Source: an uncultured Ignavibacteria bacterium (GTDB lineage: Bacteria; Bacteroidota; Ignavibacteria; UBA10030; UBA6906). Taken from it: 64,000 nt of DNA. Position 1 is the first letter of the stretch, and each line of letters starts with the position of its first letter. Position numbers and translations under genes: made by a program. The notes beneath the pieces are model-generated. The model had not been told where the DNA came from and did no database searches. It saw only the letters and a program-made list of their open reading frames with translations. Below are positions 22,334 to 32,314 of the stretch, one piece after another. The DNA lies in contig CAVPBI010000031.1 of NCBI GenBank assembly GCA_963701735.1, forward strand, positions 1,356 to 65,355. The letters are read 5' to 3'.

Positions 22334-22630
22334 TTACCCGAGTTTCGCAAAGACGCTGTCGGGGGTCTTGATTGCGTCCTGCACGCTTATCTCAACGATT
22401 TTGATGTTCGCGAACCGTTCCTTGTTCCGGACGGGAATGCCGACCGCAAAGATCGCCACATCGGCCGCGTCGATCTCGTCCTGAGACAGTTCGTTTTCGA
22501 TACCCATGGAGCCCTGGGTCTCCACCTTGATCGTGTGCCCGAGCTTCTTCGCTGTCTTCTCGAGCGATTCCGCGGCCATGTAGGTGTGCGCGATGCCCGT
22601 CGGGCATGCGGTCACTGCGACAAGCTTCAT
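22334..22630 (-). CDS. PTS fructose-family EIIB component
   Basis: ATG at 22630 gives MKLVAVTACPTGIAHTYMAAESLEKTAKKLGHTIKVETQG, the PTS_IIB_fruc signature with the CPTG phospho-cysteine. The ATG overlaps the inferred EIIC stop (ATGA at 22627-22630). The listed ORF 22334..22834 merges it with out-of-frame EIIC sequence. Confidence 0.85.
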   Translation of the reverse strand: MKLVAVTACPTGIAHTYMAAESLEKTAKKLGHTIKVETQGSMGIENELSQDEIDAADVAIFAVGIPVRNKERFANIKIVEISVQDAIKTPDSVFAKLG

Positions 22631-23664
22631 TGTGCACCGTCCTTCCGTTTTGCTGCAGAGAATTTCCTGAGTGCGTTGATGGTGAAGGCGACAGTCAGAC
22701 GATCCAGCAAGGATCGCGATGACGTACATGATCCGGTTGTCGATCACGGGCAGCACGATGGGGCCTCCGTGCGGTGCATGATTGCCGACGCCACCGAGCA
22801 TGGCGATCACCGCCCCGACCATCGAGCCGGCCATGATGGTGGGAATGACCCGTATGGGGTCGGCGCCGCAAAGGGGATCGCGCCTTCCGTAATCCCGATC
22901 ATCCCCATCGCCAGTCCTGCATAGCCGGCCTCCCGCTCCTCATCCGACCAGAGCTTCTTTCCCAGAAGCGTCGCAAGCCCGAGGCCGATCGGCGGGATGC
23001 AGATTGCCGCGGCGCACGCGCCCATGACGGCGAAGTTCCCCTCCTTGATCATCGCGGCGCCGAAGAAGAAGGCCACCTTGTTTATGGGCCCGCCCATGTC
23101 GAACGCGATCATCGCTCCCAGGATCAGCGCGAGGACCACGCTGTTCCCCGTCCCCATGGCCTTCAGCCAATCCGAGAGGAAAGTCATGAGATCCTTGATC
23201 GGCGCTCCGACCACCCGGTACATGATGAACCCCACCACCAGCGAGGAGATGACGGGGATGACCAGGATCGGCATCACCGGCCTCAGGTACGGCGGGAGCT
23301 TGATCTTCTTCATGTACATGACGACAAAGCCGGCAAGGAGTCCGGCGACAATCCCGCCGAGGAAACCCGCGCCGACCTGACTTGCGATGTACCCTCCGAC
23401 AAAACCCGCAACCAGTCCCGGGCGGTCGGCGATCCCGAACGCGATGTATCCGCCCAGCACGGGCACGAGAAGCGTGAACGCCGCGCTGCCGATGTCGAGG
23501 ATCAGCTTCAGGTAGGGGGAGTCCGAGAAATCGGGTCCTGTCGACGTCATCGGGGCAAACGCAATGGCGACCGCGATCAGGATACCACCGCATGCGACAA
23601 ACGGGATGGCATAGGAAACACCCGTGAGCAGGTATTTCTTCGTTTGTTCCAACGCCTTTGCCAT
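22627..23664 (-). CDS. PTS fructose-family EIIC permease; about 2 frameshifts
   Basis: ATG at 23664 is preceded by AGGAGG and gives MAKALEQTKKYLLTGVSYAIPFVACGGIL. Motifs GIADRPGL, AFDMGGPINK and GITEGAIPFAA are typical of Fru-type EIIC. The frame changes at about 22865 and again at about 22710. The third frame ends ...TINALRKFSAAKRKDGAQ-stop at 22627. Confidence 0.8.
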
Positions 23665-23734
23665 TACGCTCCTCCTGTCAGTTGAGAACGATAGCCTGGA
23701 ATTCCCGCACACTGCTTCTAGGCAACCCGGGATG

Positions 23735-23798
23735 CCGGATCAGCGACCCCTCGGGGTCACCGATCCCTCGGATCACCGATCCCTCGGATCACCGATCC
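23735..23798. repeat. Four tandem 15-17-bp units, each an internal palindrome (GGATC-N3-GATCC on the minus strand)
   Basis: Plus strand reads cggatcagcgaccc / ctcggggtcaccgatcc / ctcggatcaccgatcc / ctcggatcaccgatcc. The last two units are identical. The array overlaps the stop codon (23789-23791) of the GH106-like gene and lies 70-130 nt upstream of the EIIC start. Confidence 0.7.
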
Positions 23799-26700
23799 TT
23801 CAAGACCACCCGGCTCGTAACGGTGAGCGTCACCGGACCCAGGATGCCCGACGTGATCGACCCCCGGTACCGTGTCGGGATGCTCGTGTAGTGATTGGCG
23901 GCGGTATTATACACGAGCACCTCGATGGAATTGTCGCCTTCGCGGACAGACTTCGAGATATCATAGACCCATGGGGGTGACACCCGAAGCCCGACGGTGC
24001 TTCCATTCACCCGGACTTCCGCCGTCGAAACGACAGACCCCAGATCGAGCTCCACTTTCTGTTTCGCCTCGTCCGCGCTCAGGCGTACCGACGTGCGATA
24101 CCACGCTCCGCCCGAGTACGCATACAGGGCATCGTTCCCGGACCAATCTCCGATCTCGACGATGCCCTTCTCACACTCCAGACGCACCGGATCGGGGATC
24201 GCGGCTCCCCCGTAGTATCCACGTTCCTGTTGAATGCGTATGACGACTTCGACGGCCCTCGGCATTGCCCTGGTCGAGGTCGACCGTGTACTCAGCCGCC
24301 CCGTCATCCCTGAGGCCGCCCTTCGTCACGCGCACCTTCTCGCCCCCTGCAGTCACGTCGATCTCACCATGCGCGGCGAATCGCATTCGCTTCGTGCCCG
24401 GAGCCGACACAAACCTGTACACCCCCTCGGGGTTCTTCTCTCTGAACCTTGCATCGAACGGGAGAACCGTCGTGTCTCCATACCAATCCATGGCGAGCGG
24501 CTTGCCGGGATAATTCTGGTCCTGCATGCGGCCCGACCCGCCGGGACTACCCGCCCCGCGCACAACGAAGTACGTGACGCATGGCTTGTCGTACCACAGC
24601 AGGAGCGTGTTCACGCCGGCGTTGAGTCGAACGCCCTGCGCGGCCGTATCGACCGGGACTCCGTTGATACGTATCGCCACGGGACGGACGTGTCCCCGCT
24701 CGATCGCATACGTTCCTTCCGCGGGTGCAACGATGCCCGTGAAGAGACAATAGTAACCCCCTCCCTCTTCACGCTCGCGCTTCGTCGTCGTCCAATCCTG
24801 TGTCAGTTTTCCCAGCCGGATAAACTCCTCGTGAACCTCTTCCTTCAGGCCGTGATACCCCTGATGCCCGGGATCGCCTTCCACGCCCCAGCGCCAGGAG
24901 AACCTGTACGGCTGCCACGCATACGTCCCGCCATTGAACGTCACCGGAACATCGGGGTCAAACGCCTCCGCCTCTGGAATCGCGTTCTCCGGGATGATCC
25001 CGGGAAGCGGACCGAGTTTCCAGAACTGGGTTCCATACGAGGCGGACACGGTGTCCGGTTTCGTCCCGCCGGGAGAATTCAGCGGTCGAGCGGCGGACGC
25101 TGACGGCTCACTGTACGCAAATCGCCGCACCTCGGGGCCGATCAGCTCCTGTGTCGGCGGCCAGTGGAAGTCGCCCCACCGGTTGTCAAGGACGGGCTGG
25201 ACTTCAAATTCCCACTCCCCGGTAGCGGCCTGGTCACCCGGCTGGAAGAGACCTCTCCCGCCAGGCTGTGCAGCGTGCCGTCCGTACCGGACCGCTGCTT
25301 CCACGCGCCCGGCCGTCGTGCCCTCTCCCCAGAGCATCACCTTCCCGCCCGTCATCGTCACCGAGTCGATGGCGGACAGCGTCGAGCTCTCCACGATCGC
25401 CTCATTGCTGCCGGGGCCAAACACGATCAACTGGACTTCGCGCTGCGACAGGGGCAGCCGCACGATCGTCCCCTCGTTCGAAGGACGCACCACATACAGG
25501 GGTCGGCGCTCGCCGGTCCACGGATCCCACAACTCCACCCTCCCTGTGCTTCGGAACAGGCACTCGGTGCCCGCGGGGAGGTTGTACACGGCGTAGATAT
25601 CGCTGCCCGCTACGCGTCTGTGCATCACCCGTGGCGGGCGTCTTCGTCGCGCCAGCGGGATATGAAACGACCTCGAAATCCCGCGTGAACAACCCGCCCA
25701 CGAGGCGACAGAGGCTGTCGTTGGAGACGGACTGATACAGCGCGCCCCCCCGGCTGTTCGACTTCAGCGGGGCAAATCCCGGCCGCGAGTGCCGGAGCAT
25801 CGCCAAACAGGCCCGCGCGGATGGCGTCAAACTCCCTGTTGCCTCTCCCTTTCTCGCTGACTTCGGGAACGCTTCCGATATTCACCACCGTGCCGCCCGC
25901 TGCGATCAGATCGCGGGCTCTGGCAAGCGACGCAGAGCGGATGACCTTCATCGACGGGATAATCAGCACCCGGTATTCCTCGCCGGAGACCGCAATCGTG
26001 CCGTTCTTCACGGTCGATCGGGCCAGCGACTCGAAGTCGATGAAGTCGAAATCGATTCCGGCGTTGTACAGCGCTTCGCCGGCAGCGAACGCGGCGGCCA
26101 CCGCTTCCTGTCCCCCCACGCCGGCAACCACCGGCTCGACCGGATACAGGATGGCGACATCGCACCTGTGGCGGCCCTGGGACAGGAGGTAGCTGAGGCG
26201 CTGCACGGTGTACAGGAACGGATCGATGTGCTGCCAGTACGGCATACGGAAATGATTGCATGGCGGCGCCCACTCCCACCAGCCGCCGTGGGTCGAGTAG
26301 TAGAGGCCGTGCAATGTCAGCAGATTCTGCCCCATCACGAAATTGCCGAACGTCGCATCGGCCAGATCGGCCGAGCTGGTTCCCCACCCGCTGCTGTGGA
26401 AGCCCTCAAGCCACACGCGCGGCCGCTCGTACAGGTGCGCGATGGACGAGGCGACCTTGTTCTTGACGATGTCCTGCATCAGAAAAGGCTGATCACACCC
26501 CGGCCCCTGGTTCCATCGCTGCGTGCGGAAATAATCTCCGAACTCGGCAACGTCCTTCCCCCGCCCGCCGTGATCGCACCCGAACGTCATCCCGCGATCC
26601 TGATGCCACTGGTAGAGAGGACGGAAGAAATTCTCTTCGCTCAGCGCAACCATCACGTCGTTGTAGTCGAGCCGGATCCTCGGGGTCTCGGGCCCCGTGT

Positions 26701-27649
26701 CGACAAAAAGCGCCGGCAGATGCGGCCGGATGTCGTATCCCTTTCGCTTCGAAAACTCGCGGGCGAAGGCGTCGTTCCAGATCGGGTACTGCAGCCGGAA
26801 CCAGAGCTCGTCGGAGAAGAAGAAGTTGAGACCCTTCCCCGCCTCGCCTGGAAACCGCCGGGCAAACCGCTCGAAAAAATTGTCGATGTACGCTTTCCCG
26901 GACATTGCGTTCATCGGGTCATACGACGGCACGATGCGTTCCGCCCATACGCACGACACCATCCATGATCCGTCAGGCGGCGCCCATCTCAGCTCGCGGT
27001 CTTTCATGTGCCGCGAGAGGTCGGTGCGCGTTCCCGGGACAGGGAGGGAATCGCTTCCGACCTTGAAGGCGCTGATCGAGAGCGGCTCGCCGCGAAGCGT
27101 CCAGGCGAGCGGCGTGGTGCCGGCAACGAACCGCCTGTCGAACCTCAGCTCGGATCCAACGAGGTCAGGATGCTCTGCAAGTGCGTCATCTACATAGGAT
27201 CCCTGTCCGACGCCGAGCGTGTAGTCGCTGAGGCTCACCGACATGCCCCTTTGCTTCGCTTCCTTCATGAACCATCCGAACAGATCCCACCACTCCTCCG
27301 AGAAGAGCTTCGGCTGGCTCTGCATGCTCAATCCCCAGATCAGCCCGCCGGAATCGGTGTGGGCGTAGTTGACCTGGAGCCCGACAACACCTTTCCCCTG
27401 CAGCTGATCAAGTTGCCACCGGATGCGGTCCCGCGTGAGGGTATCCCCGACCCACCAGTAGAAAGCGACCTCGCCGTATCCGCGGGGAGGGTTCTTGAAG
27501 TTCGCGTACACGTCGTCGATGGACGGGGCCGTACGGGGGCTTCCTTCCCCCGCACGCCCGGGCGCTTGTGATCCCGCCATGACGGCCAGCAGACAGCTCA
27601 CAAGAAGGGCATATCGGCCAACGCGGCTCATGCCATACGACCTTTCCAT
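23789..27649 (-). CDS. Large secreted glycoside hydrolase, GH106-like (alpha-L-rhamnosidase-like fold) with C-terminal galactose-binding-like domain; about 3 frameshifts
   Basis: Fragments are 25625..27649, 25402..25830, 24171..25628 and 23789..24307. The first carries a signal peptide, then FKNPPRGYGEVAFYWWVGDTLTRDRIRWQLDQLQGKGVVGLQVNY, the N-terminal pattern I associate with GH106-type proteins. The last carries AWYRTSVRL...VNGSTVG...YDIS..VREGDNSIEVLVYNT, a GH2-type sugar-binding-like domain. Frame changes occur at about 25778, 25628 and 24256. Family assignment is tentative. Confidence 0.45.
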
Positions 27650-27792
27650 CGTTCAACCTTTCCGAATGAACACACTCGCGGGCAGGCCCGCGCTCCTCAG
27701 GTCTTCCGCACTCGTTGTGTATTCAGCAAGGCTCCTGACACCCGCGATCCACCGCCCTGCCGCGTCCTTCTGCGCCGCAACAGTTCCGTGAA

Positions 27793-29752
27793 TTACCGCA
27801 CCACAATCTCGTCGACGAAGAGCCATGACGTGCCGCCCGCGCCGGGATGCCAGGATGGGCATTTCCCCGGGTTCCGGCCGACAACGCGCACGAACCGCGC
27901 CGCGACAGGTTCAAAGATGCCGGTCACATCCTTCACCTCAGGGATCGGATTGGCCCTGGGGGCGTCGATCGATGTCGACCATACGGTCTGGAACCGCTTG
28001 CCGTCCTCCGAGAGCGCTACCGTAACTTCACGCGGGAGGAAGATCCACGAGAACTGGTTCTCCAGGAACCCGCATGAGACACCTCGTACGGTCTGAACCT
28101 TCTGCAGATCGATCACCACATCCAGATCGGCGCCCTCGAACCCCAGCCAGGATCCGTCTGTGAAATCGAGGGATCCGCGCCTTCCATCCACAAGAGCGTC
28201 CGCACGGCCGCCGGCGTAACGAATGTCAGGCGGGTGCGGCGACCGTCAGGGATGCCCCGATTGCCAGATGCTGTGTTGCCTCCCGGACGACCTGCTTCCG
28301 GCCGGGAGCCCGTACGCCGGACCCTTTCGCGCCGGTCAGGCGATCCCCCAGCTCACTGCGCGCCTCCTCAGCCGCCTCCGTGAGCCGCGCGACGACATCA
28401 GGATGCTGGTCCGCCACATTCGTCCGTTCGCCGATGTCCGACGCGAGATTGTACAGCTCCAGGCCGACGCGCCGCGTGCCCGTTCGCCCCGGGAATCCGT
28501 CCTTCCCGGGCTCGAAACCTTCATAGGTCTGCGACAGGTGCGGGAAATAGAGCTTCCAGTCCCCCTGTCGCACGGCGCGCAACTCAGCGTCGTAGTAGAA
28601 GTAGTATGTTCTGTGCGGCCCGGCATCCCTGTCGCCGCGCATCACGGGGAGGATGCTGACCCCGTCGATCTTCTTTGCGGGGAGCGGCGCCCCGGTCACA
28701 GCGCAGATCGTGGGAAGAATGTCGATCGTCCCCGCCACGGTCCGGCATACTGCACCCGCCTCGATCTGTCCGGGCCAGCGCATGATGCACGGCACCCGTG
28801 CGCCCCCCTCGAACGCGGTCCCCTTCCCCTCCCGCAGGGGCAGCGCCGAGCCGGCGTGGTTGCCGAAGTTCAGCCACGGCCCGTTGTCGCTCGTGTAGAT
28901 GACGAGGGTGTTCTCTTCCAGGCCGTTCTGTTTCAGGGCATTCATCACCTCGCCAACCGACCAGTCGACTTCCATCATTACGTCTCCGTACATCCCCTGC
29001 TCGCTCTTCCCCCGGAACTTCCCCGAGACGCCGAGCGGGACATGGACCATGGAATGAGCGAGGTAGAGGAAGAACGGATGGCCTCGGTGGCGGTTGATGA
29101 AGTCGATCGCCTTTTCCGTATAGCGGGTGGTCAGCGTCGTCTGATCATCGAGAGATCTGATCACTTCTATAACCTTCTCCCCCTCGATGAGCGGCAGCGG
29201 AGGATAGAACGCTTTCCAGCCTTCACGGGCCGGCTTTCCATCGAAGGCGACCGGCCACATGTCGTTGGAATAGGGCAGGCCGAAATACTCGTCAAAGCCT
29301 TGCCGCAGAGGGAGAAACTCGGGGAGATGGCCAAGATGCCATTTGCCGATGATCCCGGTCGCGTATCCCCGCGCCCTGAGGACGTCGGCGATCGTTTCTT
29401 CCTCCGGACTCAACCCGTGTTGAGCCCAGGGGCTCAACGCCCCGCCAATCCCGACCCGCTCCGCGTAGCATCCCGTCAGGAGCGACGCGCGGGAGGCGCT
29501 GCATACGGCGTGACTGACGTAGAAGTCGGTGAAGCGCACTCCCTGCTCGGCCAGCCGGTCGATGTTGGGCGTCTCGAATCCCCGCGCGCCATAACACCCG
29601 AGATCGGCGTACCCCTGATCATCGATATTGATGAGGACGATATTGGGCAACGGCCCGCCCGGGGTCGAAGACGACCACCAGGCGAACCAGCCGCCCACCG
29701 CAATGGCAAGCGCGCCGAGCCCCGCGCCTTTGATGATGGACCGCCAGCCCAT
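27793..29752 (-). CDS. Formylglycine-type sulfatase (S1 family) fused to C-terminal F5/8-type-C domain; 1 frameshift at the junction
   Basis: ATG at 29752 gives MGWRSIIKGAGLGALAIAVGGW. Motifs include NIVLINIDDQGYADLG and SHAVCSASRASLLTG (C-x-A-x-R variant of the FGly motif). Fragments are 28226..29830 and 27793..28191. The second frame is open upstream through ...PDIRYAGGRADALVDGRRGSLDFTDGSWLGF, which is the start of the discoidin-like module. The break is at about 28232. Confidence 0.85.
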
Positions 29753-29780
29753 TGATGGAGATGTCACGTACGGTGGAGGA

Positions 29781-32314
29781 TCATTCGACAGTGATCTCGT
29801 CGCAGAACATCCACGGCTTGCCTCCCGCACCCGCGTGCCAGGGAGGACACACGCCGATGCTCGTGGCGCGCACCCGTATGTAGCGTGCGTTCACGTCCTT
29901 CAGTTGATGTCCGAACTCCTTCGTGCTCGGATCCTGATGCGATTCCGCGACGGGTTGCTCAGAGGTGCCGGCGGGGACGAACGTCGCACCGTCACTGGAA
30001 ACGGCATATTCGACAGCCCGTGGGTAGAAGATCCACATCCGGGTATCCTGCATGAACCGCGAGCTCAGACGGCTGATCTTCCTTACCTGGCCGAGGTCAA
30101 TGATCGCTTCCAGATCGCTCCCTTCGTACCCCTGCCAGAACCCGTCCTTGAAATCCCGGCTCCCTTTGAGGCCGTCCGCGAGCGCGTTGGGGCCGCCGGC
30201 GGGATAGCGATCGCTGAATGGGTGAGTCAGCGCGACGGGCCTGCCGCTCGACAATGACGGATAGACCTCCACACGCGCAACAATGTCGGACGCGATGCCC
30301 TTCCTGAACGCCCGCGCAGCAACGGTGGTCGGCTTGTTGAACGAGAGCTCCGCGTCGTATCGCAATGACGTCGCCGTCGGATCGCTCCCGTCCGTTGTGT
30401 AGTAGATGGCGGCGTCCGGGTTCTTGGTAAGCCATCTGCAGAATGCAGGCCTGCCGCGCCACGTCGTACCTCCCCCTGATCGAGACGGTCGGAACCGCGA
30501 GTTCGTCGAGGATAGGGGTCTGGATCGACTGCAGCTGATCCTGATCTTCCTGCAGCAGTTCCAGGACGACCACTTCATTCCGGCCTTTCCTCAGCCATGG
30601 CCCGGGGACATACAGCGTCTGCTGCGGGCCGACATACCAGTAGCGCCCGATACTGTGGCCGTTGAGCCAGACGGACCCCTTCCCCCAGTCGCGCATATCG
30701 AGGTACGTGTCGGCGGTGTCCTCGAGGGAGAACGTCCCGCGGCGGATCACGGGGCCGCTGTGCCGGCCAGCTTTCGCAAACGTCACACCCGAGACGTCGT
30801 TGAAGGGGAATCCGTACATGCTCCAGCCCTTCAACTCCTGACCGTTGAGCGTCACCCTCTCCGTAATCCCCTTCCTGTTGTCATTGAGGAACGGGCCGTA
30901 GTTGATTCGTCCCAGGTTCTCCACGAACAGATCCAGCGTGACATCGCCTGCCGGAATGTCGACACCCACGGAGTCCTGATTGAGGCGCCGGTCGAGGACG
31001 GCAACCCTCTTCCCGTTGACGACAACGAGCGCATAATCCCGGAGGCGGTCAATCTGCAGCGTCCCCTTCAGCGGGCCCTTCAGCCGTGTCCGGTAGAGCA
31101 CATACCCGTACCCCTGGTGCAGGTCTTCGAACGACAACGGACGGTCTGCCACCGTCGGCGTCGGAAGATTCGAAAACAGGCCTGCGGATTCCTGGAGCGT
31201 GAAGCGCGGGATGGCGATCGTCCGCTTCGCCGGCGGAACCGGGGGGAGGACCACTCCGGGCGGCAGGTGCTTCTGAATCACCTCGCGGAACGCCATGTAC
31301 TTCGGCGTGGCGTTGCCCGCCTCATCGATCGGCGCGTCGTAGTCGTAGCTGGTGATCTGCGGGGAGTATGGCATGGTCCTGTCGAAGTTCGCGCCGTTCA
31401 TGAAGCCGCGCGTACGTCCCGCCATGAACCATGTACATATTGATGGAGATGCCGTTCTCCAGCACCTCGTCGAGCGTCTTCACGTAGGCCTCGGCCGGAA
31501 CCACGTGGTGCGCCACCCCCCACGTGTCAAACCATGCGGGATACCACTCCGCGATGAAGTAGGGCCCGGCACCGTTGTGGTGTTTGTTGATCAGCTCCCT
31601 GACGAGCTTCACGTCATCCAGGCCGTTGACCGCAGGCAGCAGTCCGGGGAGATAGCCGGCAGGCATCTGCGTGGGACCGTCGCAGGTGTACAACTCCACG
31701 TCGAAGCCGGACTCCCTGATGATGTTCCTGTTGAGCGTCAGGTATTCCTTGTCGCTGTCGTACGAACCGTACTCGTTCTCGAGCTGGACCATGATGATAT
31801 TGCCGCCCCTGGTGACCTGGAGCGGGACGAGCTGCCTGGCCAGTTCCCTGAAATACCGCTCGCTCAGCTCCAGGAACCGCGGGTCCCGGCTTCGCACCTT
31901 CATGTCTTTCTCGTTGATGAGCCACCACGGATATCCGCCGAACTCCCACTCCGCGCACGCGTATGGACTCGGGCGGATGATGATCCAGAGTCCTTCTTCC
32001 TGGGCGATCCTGACGAACTCCGCGACGTCCGCGTTGCCGCTGAAGTTGAATGTTCCCTTTTCCGGTTCGTGGTAGTTCCAGAAGATATAAGTCGCGATGG
32101 TGTTCAGACCCATGGCTTTGGCCATCCTGAACCGGTCCCTCCAGTACTCGCGTGGAACCCTGGCAAAGTGCATCTCCCCGCTGATCAGGACGATCGGCTT
32201 TCCGTCAAGCAGGAAATTGTTGTCTTTGAAGCCGAACGTGTGGACCGGCTGCTGCGCAAAAGCGGGCAGGAGGAATGGAACGACAGTGAGCAGCACGAGA
32301 CCAAACAGTTTCAT
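29781..32314 (-). CDS. GH35 beta-galactosidase with CHB_HEX_C-like and F5/8-type-C C-terminal modules; about 2 frameshifts
   Basis: Fragment 31322..32314 carries the signal peptide [20 protein letters not shown], plus ISGEMHFARVP, NTIATYIFWNYHEP and MVQLENEYGSY. Fragments 30097..31425 and 29781..30578 follow, the latter with AAIYYTTDGSDP and the tail GVCPPWHAGAGGKPWMFCDEITVE. Frame changes occur at about 31408 and 30432. The ATG overlaps the upstream stop (ATGA at 32311-32314). Confidence 0.9.

Noticed and set aside
23745-23758. GACCCC-tc-GGGGTC hairpin downstream of the GH106-like gene as an intrinsic terminator separating it from the PTS genes.
   Set aside because: The loop is too small for the full stem. 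No U-tract follows on the minus strand, and the element is part of the tandem palindromic array. It is better described as one degenerate unit of that repeat.
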